Source: an uncultured Candidatus Saccharibacteria bacterium (GTDB lineage Bacteria > Patescibacteriota > Minisyncoccia > Phycocordibacterales > UBA918). From it: 64,000 nucleotides of DNA. Both the position numbers and the translations under genes were made by a program. The stretch is taken from contig CAYGLK010000001.1 in the NCBI GenBank assembly GCA_964350985.1, positions 292,528-356,527 on the forward strand. The letters are read 5' to 3'. The notes under the pieces were generated by a model that was given only the letters and a program-made list of their open reading frames with translations, was not told the origin of the DNA and ran no database searches. Shown in pieces: positions 30,708 through 39,631 of the stretch (position 1 is the first letter of the stretch; each line of letters begins with the position of its first letter).

Positions 30708-30984
30708 ATCCGTTTCTCCTGGTTGTGTAAGACTACCTATTCTGAATATTGAATGGCCATTTTTGATTTACAATCTTTTCGTCGTTGAGAACAACTCCTG
30801 ATGCCCTAATGCTAAGGCATTTCAAAGAACTGGTTTTTAATTATGTAAAATTAATTAGTATTTGTCAATCTTAAAAAATCTACTCATGGCCTACAGTATA
30901 AAATTTCTTTAGTAGTAACTCTACATGGAGAGATGATTTTTTACTGACTGGTATATGTATTATTGTTGCGTTCTTAGCTTAATT

Positions 30985-32187
30985 CTAAGAAAGTAACTTT
31001 TCACGCAGTTTCTTGGTGAAGTTTACAATAAAGTAGAGATTGTGTAGCGACGCCAAGTGTGGGCCAAGCATTTCGTGCGAGCGGAATAAGTGAGCTAGAT
31101 AAGCTTTAGTATAATTTTGGCAGACATAACAATCACAAGTTTCGTCTGGTTTGGAGAAGTCTCTAATATATTTTTGGTTTAAAAGATTTATTCGCTTCAT
31201 TCCTTCATTTGTTCTTTCATAAATAGTTCCAGTTCTAGCAATTCTAGTAGGTGCCACACAGTCAAAAGTATCACATCCAAGACGAACGCCCTCAACAATA
31301 TCTTCTGGTTCACCGATACCAAGTAAGTGTCGCGGCTTATCCTCAGGTAAAACTGTATTTACTACTCTGAGAGCTTCACCAAGATCAGCTTTACTAAAAC
31401 TGCCACCAATACCAAAACCGGCAAAATCCATCGCCGCCAACGTCTCAGCGCTTTCTTTTCTTAGATCTAGATGTCTACCTCCTTGAACTACACCAAAAAG
31501 ACCTTGTTTCTTCACCGCTTGGTAATTCTGCTTATGAGCCATGACGCTCCGTTTAGCCCAGCGGTGGGTTCGGTCCATTGCTGCTTTCTGGTATTTATAG
31601 TCTGCAGTTGGACTAGTACACTCGTCAAAGGCAATGATGATATCTGCCCCGATATCATGCTGAATTTCAATAGAACGCTCAGCAGTAAAACGATGCATAC
31701 TACCATCAATGTGTGAGGTGAAAGTTACTCCTTCTTCATCGATGATACACAAGCGACCATGCCCTGAAGCGAAGTCTTTAGAGTAGACATTTACTCCATG
31801 AGGGTTGATCTCAGTTTTTTCTTCTACTTCACCCTTGGAAAATTTAGTCACTCCTTTTCCAAAAGCAGCACCGAGCGAAAAAACTTGAAAACCACCTGAA
31901 TCAGTAATAGTTGGGAGCTTCCAGTTGGAGAACTTGTGGATCCCCCCAGCTTCTTTTACTACATCAGAACCGGGCTGGAGAAATAAGTGGTAAGTATTTG
32001 CTAAAGCTACCTGATTACCAACATAATCACGCATATCTTCTGGCTTAACACTTTTTACTGTTCCTTTAGTACCCACCACAACAAAAGCCGGAGTTTCAAT
32101 ATCTCCGTTTGGAGTATGAATGATTCCGGCTCGTGCTAAAGTATTTTTTTCTTTTTTTAAGATTTCAAACTTTATTGGGTCTGACAT
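30985..32187 (-). CDS. tgt: queuine tRNA-ribosyltransferase
   Basis: TIM-barrel TGT motifs (TPAFVVVGTKG, catalytic Asp regions). C-terminal zinc site CDCYVCQNYTKAYLAHL. Confidence 0.9.
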   Translation of the reverse strand: MSDPIKFEILKKEKNTLARAGIIHTPNGDIETPAFVVVGTKGTVKSVKPEDMRDYVGNQVALANTYHLFLQPGSDVVKEAGGIHKFSNWKLPTITDSGGFQVFSLGAAFGKGVTKFSKGEVEEKTEINPHGVNVYSKDFASGHGRLCIIDEEGVTFTSHIDGSMHRFTAERSIEIQHDIGADIIIAFDECTSPTADYKYQKAAMDRTHRWAKRSVMAHKQNYQAVKKQGLFGVVQGGRHLDLRKESAETLAAMDFAGFGIGGSFSKADLGEALRVVNTVLPEDKPRHLLGIGEPEDIVEGVRLGCDTFDCVAPTRIARTGTIYERTNEGMKRINLLNQKYIRDFSKPDETCDCYVCQNYTKAYLAHLFRSHEMLGPHLASLHNLYFIVNFTKKLREKLLS

Positions 32188-32214
32188 AGAATGGATTATA
32201 ACCCGACTCCTTCT

Positions 32215-32754
32215 TTATTTTACTTCAAGTAGTTCAATTGAGAATATCAGAGTTGAGTTTGCTGGAATTGGGCCATATCCATTTTCACCATAGGCTTTAT
32301 CTGGTGGAATAACTAAGATTCGTTCTCCGCCAACTTTCATTCCTAAAAGTCCCTCTTCCCAGCCTTTAATCACCTTTCCTTCACCGACTGTAAAGCTAAA
32401 TGGTTCACCTCGTTTGTGTGAGTTATCAAACTCAGTACCGCTTTGTAACTTACCAATATAGTGTACTGAGACAGTGTCTCCAGCCACTACTTCCTTACCT
32501 TCTCCAATCTTAATATCATCAATCACAAGTTTTTTTATGTTACCACGTGAGTCTGCTGCTTCAATTAAAGCTGACGCTCGTGAGCTATTATTACTTTCTC
32601 CAACCACAACAACCCCGGTGTTTTGAGCTCCAGCGAGCTGTGTAGAGCTATTTTCAAGCCCAATTACCGTTGATTCAAGCCTTATTAGGTAAAGAGCCGC
32701 CGCCATAAACAAGACACTTAGCCCAATACCGATAAATTCAAATTTACTTAACAT
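32215..32754 (-). CDS. FKBP-type peptidyl-prolyl cis-trans isomerase
   Basis: N-terminal TM or signal. FKBP core VHYIGKLQSGTEFDNS...FSFTVGEGKVIKGWEEGLLGMKVGGERILVIPPDKAYG. Confidence 0.85.
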   Translation of the reverse strand: MLSKFEFIGIGLSVLFMAAALYLIRLESTVIGLENSSTQLAGAQNTGVVVVGESNNSSRASALIEAADSRGNIKKLVIDDIKIGEGKEVVAGDTVSVHYIGKLQSGTEFDNSHKRGEPFSFTVGEGKVIKGWEEGLLGMKVGGERILVIPPDKAYGENGYGPIPANSTLIFSIELLEVK

Positions 32755-32763
32755 ATTATTTAA

Positions 32764-33855
32764 TTATGGTGTCATAATAACGACTTCTGAGGAAGTTGCA
32801 AGGTTTTTAAGATAGTTGATTTCAGCGGAGATAATTTCATTATAAAGTCCTTCTTGGCTTAGATCAGCCAATTCTCGAAGAAAAACTTTTTGGTTTTCTT
32901 CGTTCATATACTTTGGTTGTACTCGTGAATCGATACTTGTCACCGGTATCAGTTTAATTTTTATATTTTCTTTGAAAGAAAGATCTAACATTAAACCTTC
33001 TTGTACCTGTCTTGAAAAATATTGATCAAAAATAAAATTACCTAAAGAATAAAATACCAAAGTGTTATCCAGCCATTCTATTCCTTGTACTACATGAGGA
33101 TGATGGCCAATAACCAATTCAGCACCAAGATCAGAAAATACTTTGGCTTGATTTCTTTGTGACGCAGATTGTGTTTGATTGTATTCACTCCCCCAGTGAA
33201 CAAAAACAATTTGAATATCGCTATTTTGTGAAGCCTTGGTAAAAACTTCTTTTAAGTCATTCTTAGAAAGAAATTCATCTATTGTCATTAATGCTATTAT
33301 GGCTACTCTATTTTTTTCTAGTTCTAAATAAGTTATTGAGGACGTAGAAATAACAGTAGGGTTTCCAAAAGCAGTAACATTGTTCTTTTCAAGTTGAATT
33401 AAAGTATTTTCGTAACCTAGTTTACCAAAATCAAAAGCGTGATTATTTGCTAAAGAGACATGTGTTATTCCTACTGCCTTAAGATCAAGTAAAGATGCCT
33501 CTGAAACGGAAAATTGAAAGTTAAAATCTGGAGTTGGTTGATGAACAACCGGGACTGCCGCCTCAAAGTTTGCAACCACGTAAGTATTTTGTTCTAGAAA
33601 ATTAAAATTTTTAAAGGCTGATGCTACGCCATTTTTTTGTAGACGTCTTTCAACGTTTCTACCAAGCATTAAATCCCCTAAGAAATAGATGTTAGTTTTT
33701 GGCTTATCTATAATATGATCTGTCCCTTGAGTAAAAGTGCCGTAATTAAAATTTGGTGTGCTGCTTGGCTTATTATTAATAAAAAAATTCCATAAATAAA
33801 TACTGGAAATTATAAGTAGTATGAATAGAAAAAAACTTCTCCTAGATTGATCCAT
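32764..33855 (-). CDS. CapA family protein (metallophosphatase fold, poly-gamma-glutamate capsule-synthesis-like)
   Basis: Motifs LANNHAFDFG, VHWGSEY and IGHHPHVVQGIE, with an N-terminal signal or TM. Start set at the internal Met (MDQSRR...). The track's 33933 start would overlap the upstream gene by 90 nt. Confidence 0.75.
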   Translation of the reverse strand: MDQSRRSFFLFILLIISSIYLWNFFINNKPSSTPNFNYGTFTQGTDHIIDKPKTNIYFLGDLMLGRNVERRLQKNGVASAFKNFNFLEQNTYVVANFEAAVPVVHQPTPDFNFQFSVSEASLLDLKAVGITHVSLANNHAFDFGKLGYENTLIQLEKNNVTAFGNPTVISTSSITYLELEKNRVAIIALMTIDEFLSKNDLKEVFTKASQNSDIQIVFVHWGSEYNQTQSASQRNQAKVFSDLGAELVIGHHPHVVQGIEWLDNTLVFYSLGNFIFDQYFSRQVQEGLMLDLSFKENIKIKLIPVTSIDSRVQPKYMNEENQKVFLRELADLSQEGLYNEIISAEINYLKNLATSSEVVIMTP

Positions 33856-34282
33856 AGGTTTTACTGGCACCAAAGGCAGAGGCTGTTGGATGGAAAAAAC
33901 CAACCTCGTATATATACATAGCGATACCAACACCCAATATAGCGATAATAATTGCTAAAGCAGTAACGATAGCTGTCTGATAGCCAGTTAACTCTCTACT
34001 TCTTGATTGGGTCACTTGAACGTTACCAATCTGAACTTCAATCCCAAGCAAGGCTGAGATTTCAGCCGGTTTGAGTGCGTCAGTAGTAAGAAAGACTTTT
34101 TGTAAATCCGTGAACTTAAGCGGATTTCCACTTGAGTTTTCTTTTAAGAGCATTATGGCAGATTCTATTTCTTCATTATTATAAGAAGCCCTGAGTAAAA
34201 TCTCACGTATTTCATCAGGAGAAGCATTTATGCTTACGCCATTTATTTTAAGAATAGTTTCTAGTTGATTTCTTTGAAACAT
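33842..34282 (-). CDS. hypothetical protein with C-terminal TM helix
   Basis: 146 aa. Soluble N-terminal domain, then a TM (IVTALAIIIAILGVGIAMYIY). Confidence 0.4.
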   Translation of the reverse strand: MFQRNQLETILKINGVSINASPDEIREILLRASYNNEEIESAIMLLKENSSGNPLKFTDLQKVFLTTDALKPAEISALLGIEVQIGNVQVTQSRSRELTGYQTAIVTALAIIIAILGVGIAMYIYEVGFFHPTASAFGASKTYGSI

Positions 34283-34285
34283 GAT

Positions 34286-35344
34286 TTACTTTTTTATGCC
34301 GACTTGGATGTATTGATTGTAAACCTCTAGCAAGACAATGAAAAGCGTAACTATCACCGGTCCGATAATAAATCCAATCGGACCAAAAGTTGTGATTCCT
34401 CCTAAAACTGAAGTAAGCATGATAAAAGGATGCAAATTATTACCTCGACTCATCAAGTAAGGCGCCAGCATATTGTCTATCACAACGATAGTAACTAGAG
34501 ACCAGACAATCAAACCAACCGCCGCACCAGTTGAACCGGTTAGGAACAAAAAGATAATACCAGGGATCATAATCGCTGTTGTACCGATTCCTGGGATGAC
34601 AGAAAGAATTGCTCCCACCGCTCCCCAAAGTACCGCTTTTTCAATACCAAAAATAGTGAAACCAAGAGCTGCTAAAACTCCTTGAATAATGGACACCAAT
34701 AGCACTCCTGTTGCCACTGAGCGAACAGCTAAGCTTAATCGAGAAATAATGATTTCATCGTCCCTGTCTGGTAAGGGGCTGATTTTAATAGCCAACTTGA
34801 TAAATTCCTGTCCATCCCTAAAGAAATAAAACGAACCGATAAGAGAGATCAGTACCACAAATATGGTAGAAACCGTACTGGCAAAGATGGCTCCAATATT
34901 ACCTACTAACCATTCAGCTCCTTGGCGTAACTCACCGGTTATATCAAGCTTAAAGTCTGGTAGATATACCTGTACTACTGACTCAAAATTAGCTATATAG
35001 ACTTCAATTGTCATCTCCTGGCCAGCTCCAAGGGCATTATAAAAACTAGCTAATTCTCTAACAAATATTGTAGAGATGAAGATTAAAGGCAGGATAATAA
35101 GCACTACTACGATCAATGTTGTCAAAGCAGCTGCTAAACTTTTGTGTTGTTTATAGACTCGCTTTTTTACTTGCTCATACATTGGGTAGCAGATAGTAAC
35201 GATCACAATCGCTAGAGCCAGAGCAGTAACAAAAGGTGACATCACCTGCCAGACCAAATACCCTGAACCAGCTAGTACAAGGAAAAAGAAAACATACTCA
35301 ACAACACGATTGATTGACATAATTGTTATAACTATAGCAGGCAC
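34286..35344 (-). CDS. AI-2E family transporter (PerM/YhhT-like permease)
   Basis: 352 aa, about 8 TM helices, with the characteristic spacing and a Gly-rich TM near the C-terminus. Confidence 0.75.
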   Translation of the reverse strand: MPAIVITIMSINRVVEYVFFFLVLAGSGYLVWQVMSPFVTALALAIVIVTICYPMYEQVKKRVYKQHKSLAAALTTLIVVVLIILPLIFISTIFVRELASFYNALGAGQEMTIEVYIANFESVVQVYLPDFKLDITGELRQGAEWLVGNIGAIFASTVSTIFVVLISLIGSFYFFRDGQEFIKLAIKISPLPDRDDEIIISRLSLAVRSVATGVLLVSIIQGVLAALGFTIFGIEKAVLWGAVGAILSVIPGIGTTAIMIPGIIFLFLTGSTGAAVGLIVWSLVTIVVIDNMLAPYLMSRGNNLHPFIMLTSVLGGITTFGPIGFIIGPVIVTLFIVLLEVYNQYIQVGIKK

Positions 35345-35351
35345 ACGAATA

Positions 35352-35384
35352 AAGGGCCAGGTGTAAACACTGGCCCTTTCTTCA
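35352..35384. terminator. hairpin terminator
   Basis: AAAGGGCCAG-GTGTAAACA-CTGGCCCTTT, followed on the minus strand by a TTTATT tract. Lies 3' of the small minus-strand gene. Confidence 0.55.
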
Positions 35385-35544
35385 TTGTTTGATCAAGCGT
35401 TCTTCGGCGACAACAGCTGCAGTTTGCAAAGTTTGGAAACCTTGCGAAGCGGCGTCATCAAGCGCGGTGAATGCTTGGTCAAAGAAATGGGATAAAGCTG
35501 TAAGAACGATCAGAAAACCAATTGCTTTTCTCATAAATTTCATG
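35383..35544 (-). CDS. small (53 aa) single-TM hypothetical protein, GC-rich
   Basis: Translation MKFMRKAIGFLIVLTALSHFFDQAFTALDDAASQGFQTLQTAAVVAEERLIKQ. Not in the ORF track, which lists only longer ORFs. Followed by a hairpin terminator. Confidence 0.35.
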
Positions 35545-35665
35545 AAAATTAAGCGACCCGGAAACTCATTTATTAGATGAGTTCAAATAAAAATTTTGGG
35601 ACGCTAGCAATTGAGTCAATGAACTGACCCGCTTATACTATGTCACATTATTCAACTCTCTGCAA

Positions 35666-36928
35666 TTATTTATCAAAACCACCCCGGAGCGAAATAGCTT
35701 TGGCCATTCTTTCAATTCCTAGTAAATAAGCCGCTTCACGGTAGGTTGTGGTTTCGGTTTTCTTATCACTGACTTCGTGGAAAGCTTTTACTATCTTTTC
35801 ATGTAAGCGTTCACAAACAGTTTCAGCAGTCCAATACCAGTGTTGTCTATTTTGAACCCATTCAAAATACGAAACCATTACTCCACCAGCGTTGACTAAT
35901 ACATCTGGTAGTATATCAACCGATTTTTTTGACAAAAATTCTTCTGCTTCTGGAGTTACAGGATTATTGGCTAGCTCCAAGATAACTTTTGTTTTTACTT
36001 TTTCAACATTGGACTTTGTGATGACGTTATCTAGTGCAGCTGGTACCAGTAAATCACAGTCAACAAAAAGTACTTCTTCAGACTCAGATATTGTTAGTTC
36101 AGTTTCGCATTTAAAATCAATTACTGAACTCTTTGGGTTTTCATTTTTAAATTTTTCTAAGGCTACTGGATCAATACCTGAAGTTGAAGATATTGTCCCT
36201 CGACTATCTGAGATAGAGACAATCAAGCTTCCTTTTGCGTGTAGAAGTTTTGCAATTGTCGCACCAGCGTTCCCAAAGCCCTGAATCGCGACTCTAAGTT
36301 TATCGAGTTTTAAATCATACTTTTCAGCATAAGCTATAAATACATAGACTGCTCCTTGAGCAGTAGCTGTATCACGACCCAAACTTCCACCGAGTGGTAC
36401 AGGTTTACCTGTAATAAAAGCTGGATTACTTCTACCAGTAGTTTGTTCTGCTTCATCAAGCATCCAAGCCATTATTTGTGGAGTTGTATAAACATCAGGA
36501 GCGGGAATATCAACGTCAGATCCTAAATATGGTAAGAAAGCTTGTACATAAGCTCGTGCTACTACCTCTAAATCGCTCTGGGTGTATTTTTTAGGGTCAC
36601 ATACCACTCCTCCTTTAGCTCCACCAAATGGCACGTCGACAACAGCACACTTAACAGCCATAGCTGCAGCTAGTGCAGACACTTCAGACTCGTCTGCTAG
36701 TGGATGAAAACGAATACCGCCTTTGTATGGTCCACGGGAATTATTGTACTGAACTCTGTACGCTTCAAGACTTTCATTTCCTTGAGATGTTTTTACTTTA
36801 AGGGTGTCGTTACGAATAAATTGAGGCTTCAACATTTTTTCAAGAACAGCTGACTCTACCTTGAGTGTTGCTGCCGCTTTCTTAATATGTGAGCTGATTT
36901 GTTGGAAAGGGTCGTTTTTGTTGCTCAT
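35666..36928 (-). CDS. Glu/Leu/Phe/Val dehydrogenase (glutamate dehydrogenase-like)
   Basis: Catalytic Lys motif GPYKGGIRFHP, VDVPFGGAKGG, and the Rossmann GFGNAG dinucleotide-binding motif. Confidence 0.9.
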   Translation of the reverse strand: MSNKNDPFQQISSHIKKAAATLKVESAVLEKMLKPQFIRNDTLKVKTSQGNESLEAYRVQYNNSRGPYKGGIRFHPLADESEVSALAAAMAVKCAVVDVPFGGAKGGVVCDPKKYTQSDLEVVARAYVQAFLPYLGSDVDIPAPDVYTTPQIMAWMLDEAEQTTGRSNPAFITGKPVPLGGSLGRDTATAQGAVYVFIAYAEKYDLKLDKLRVAIQGFGNAGATIAKLLHAKGSLIVSISDSRGTISSTSGIDPVALEKFKNENPKSSVIDFKCETELTISESEEVLFVDCDLLVPAALDNVITKSNVEKVKTKVILELANNPVTPEAEEFLSKKSVDILPDVLVNAGGVMVSYFEWVQNRQHWYWTAETVCERLHEKIVKAFHEVSDKKTETTTYREAAYLLGIERMAKAISLRGGFDK

Positions 36929-36941
36929 AAAAGTTTATATA

Positions 36942-37487
36942 TTACTCAGCTGTTAATAAAGAAATGGCTTCTTTTAGTTCTTCTTTTTCTACCACACCTC
37001 TATAGTGATTTATAACTTCAGCATTTTGGTTGTAGATAACAACTTCAGGCATTGCATAGCCTCCTACAGCTTTATAGAAATTATCTCTTGGATCAAGAAC
37101 AAAAACTAATTTATTTAAGTCTGGTAATGTTGCCATAAAACGAGCCGCTTGCTCCTTTGTTTCCTTACGATTGATTGCCAAAAAAACAATTTCATCGCTG
37201 GAATAGTCTTGAGCTATCTCGTTTAGATTTTGTAAATCAGAAGTTGAGAACGGTGACCAGCTTGCCCAAGAAGTTACAACAAGATACTTTCCTAAATAAG
37301 CATCAAGACTAACTGGGTTACCATTTAAATCTGTGTAGGGATCTTCACCTTCTTGATTAGAAAAGGTGTTTATCGCCTCCTCAGAAATTTGGTTTGACGT
37401 CTTTGTGGAAATCAGAAAAGTAACCACAATTCCAATTATGAGTATGGCTATAAGAACTCCAATAATAATTTTATGTTCGCGTTGCAT
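36942..37487 (-). CDS. thioredoxin-fold (TlpA/redoxin-like) membrane-anchored protein lacking the CxxC active site
   Basis: N-terminal TM. The fold signature YLVVTSWASWSPFS occupies the position where WCxxC normally sits, and both Cys are replaced by Ser. Confidence 0.55.
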   Translation of the reverse strand: MQREHKIIIGVLIAILIIGIVVTFLISTKTSNQISEEAINTFSNQEGEDPYTDLNGNPVSLDAYLGKYLVVTSWASWSPFSTSDLQNLNEIAQDYSSDEIVFLAINRKETKEQAARFMATLPDLNKLVFVLDPRDNFYKAVGGYAMPEVVIYNQNAEVINHYRGVVEKEELKEAISLLTAE

Positions 37488-37492
37488 GCAAT

Positions 37493-37969
37493 CTAACCTT
37501 TAATGAATAATTCAAATTCTTCTGGCAACTCACCTTCTGCTGCTGGGATTAAGTTTAGTTCTACCGGACGTCCCATAAACAACGCCTCAACACTAGCCTC
37601 ACTAGAAGCTACTGCACTAACACTAAACCTCTGAACAGTTTCAATTTTCGGACAGTCGCTTGAATTATTGATGACAGTGAAGTCTAGTTGTATTTTTTCT
37701 GGAAGTGATTTCATAACTGAGCTTTTAGTATCTAGGAGATCACAAGGAGTTGGAAGAATAATCTCACCCACAAATGTATGTTCACCATCTATGTAATATT
37801 GCTTTGCGTCAATTCTGGTAACGTCTGGATACAAGACTTCTTCAGGTTCCTGATCTACAGGTTGAGTTTCGGTTTCGATCTCTGTTTTTTTTAAATAAGC
37901 ATAACCAAACATACCTGCTACTAAAAGTGTAAAAATTGTAACCACTAATATTATTGTTTTTTTGTCCAT
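37493..37969 (-). CDS. hypothetical membrane-anchored protein
   Basis: 158 aa with an N-terminal TM. Confidence 0.4.
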   Translation of the reverse strand: MDKKTIILVVTIFTLLVAGMFGYAYLKKTEIETETQPVDQEPEEVLYPDVTRIDAKQYYIDGEHTFVGEIILPTPCDLLDTKSSVMKSLPEKIQLDFTVINNSSDCPKIETVQRFSVSAVASSEASVEALFMGRPVELNLIPAAEGELPEEFELFIKG

Positions 37970-37990
37970 ATATTTTAATTAAGTAATTTA

Positions 37991-39631
37991 TTATTCTGGT
38001 TCAAGGTCGTCGCCGACAAAGATAGTCATAAAGTTCTCTTGATCACTCTCCTGGTAGACTGATATAGGAGCATTATTGAGTCTCGAGCTAAGTTTTAATG
38101 CTTGTTTTTCTGTACCAGACTGGTAAACGATAACTGATCTCTTTTGTGAAGAAGTGAAATCAGCTGAAAGTGAAATTACTTCGTAACCAATAGATTCTAG
38201 TCTAAGTCTGATTTCAGCTCCCATTCCGGGTATTCCACTTCTGTTTACAATAGCGAGTTTTGGCAGACTTTGATTGACCTCAATCTCTTTTACTGGACGT
38301 TCTTTTTTAAGCTGATTAAATATTATTTCTTCTGAGGTTAAGGTAACATTTGCATCTGAATTTACGTAAACTACCTCAAAACCTCTATGTGAAGTGTTGG
38401 CACTTCCGATATACCAAACTATTATAACAAATGATACTAAAACAAAAATTAACGCAGCTAAAATTAACTTGTATTTAATTAGCGAATTATATAAAACTTT
38501 AATTTTTTCAGTCTTTGTATAGCTTAGTCTAAGTTGATTTTGAATATCTGCTAGAGCTGATTTTATTGAAGCAATAAATATAGTCTTGTGTTTGATTTCC
38601 TTTTTCCTAAGATTTAGTTGCTCAATATTTCTTTGTTGATCGAATTTGTTTACATCAATACCAGCTAGTCTAAGAGTGTATCTGACGTAAATTCTCACTA
38701 GCCAAATAAGGACGGAAATAAATATTGCTACAAATAATAATACTGAGAATAATAGCTTAAATGGTATCACCCAAAAATTAGTCTCTGCGGTTGTAAACTG
38801 TCTGGCCTCAGTGCCGTAAGCGAGACTTGCAACTGCTGTGTATCTTCCAATATCTGCGATAGACCACTCCCCTTTCCAAGAGAAGGTAAAGTTTCTAATA
38901 CTTTCTGGTAGCACATTTCCAAACTGTGAAGCTTGGTTAATTGGAATAACACCCCTCTCTTGACCCCAGAGATTGTAGATTTTAATGTCTCCTTGAGGCT
39001 GTAAGTGTACATTTCCTTTGTTTTCAAAGCGTAAGTCAAGCGTAACTTCGGGTCTCTCTAGATAATAATCTCTAGCGACAAATTCTCGTATTGATCCATT
39101 CTCTATAATATCACCGGAGACTCTTGCGAAAAAAAGCGAGGTAACAACTTGAGCTGTTTGGACTTTAGCTTGTCCTGCTTCAGGATCTGGTGGTCTAGTA
39201 CCAACCAGTATTGCAGCGAAGTGACCTCCCGGACTTGCGTCTTCAGGAACAAAAACAGAGAACGGTACTTCGACTGATTGTTCTCGTGGTATGACAACGG
39301 CTTCTTTGGTAATTTTAAACCACTCAGCTAGGGTTGAACCGGCTCCATCTTCAGAAATAGGGACAAAACGTCCATCACCACTTTCTCCTTGAGGCAAAAA
39401 ATTTACCACATCAATATATACAGTCAGATCGTAATCATTAACGTTTATTACTCTCAAAGTACTGCGCCATTCCTGACTAGGATTGACAGACATGTCAAAA
39501 AGAGAAGGAGAGATACTAAGGGTTAAAGATTCTTGAGCTACTACACTAGTGAAAAAACCAAAAAAAAGTATTAGGCAGAGTAAAAAAGTATTTTTAAGAG
39601 TCTTTCTTTTTGAGATCAATGTCATGTTCAT
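37991..39631 (-). CDS. membrane protein: signal peptide + tandem beta-sandwich (DUF916/CscA-like) region + TM segments + C-terminal LytR_C domain
   Basis: Signal peptide ...FFTSVVAQE. The extracytoplasmic region is paralogous to genes 39594-40619 and 56166-57122. The C-terminal 90 aa (VNRSGIPGMGAEIRLRLESIGYEVISLSADFTSSQKRSVIVYQSG...FVGDDL) match the LytR_C domain. Start moved to an internal Met to avoid a 119-nt overlap. Confidence 0.6.
   Translation of the reverse strand: MNMTLISKRKTLKNTFLLCLILFFGFFTSVVAQESLTLSISPSLFDMSVNPSQEWRSTLRVINVNDYDLTVYIDVVNFLPQGESGDGRFVPISEDGAGSTLAEWFKITKEAVVIPREQSVEVPFSVFVPEDASPGGHFAAILVGTRPPDPEAGQAKVQTAQVVTSLFFARVSGDIIENGSIREFVARDYYLERPEVTLDLRFENKGNVHLQPQGDIKIYNLWGQERGVIPINQASQFGNVLPESIRNFTFSWKGEWSIADIGRYTAVASLAYGTEARQFTTAETNFWVIPFKLLFSVLLFVAIFISVLIWLVRIYVRYTLRLAGIDVNKFDQQRNIEQLNLRKKEIKHKTIFIASIKSALADIQNQLRLSYTKTEKIKVLYNSLIKYKLILAALIFVLVSFVIIVWYIGSANTSHRGFEVVYVNSDANVTLTSEEIIFNQLKKERPVKEIEVNQSLPKLAIVNRSGIPGMGAEIRLRLESIGYEVISLSADFTSSQKRSVIVYQSGTEKQALKLSSRLNNAPISVYQESDQENFMTIFVGDDLEPE

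Noticed and set aside
30254-30801. Several plus-strand ORFs (30254-30451, 30286-30801, 30327-30581) and minus-strand 30386-30655 in the GC-rich island
   Set aside because: Locally high GC suppresses stop codons in all frames. These overlap the 240-aa minus-strand gene that has an RBS, and their translations are S/L/P/R-rich nonsense.
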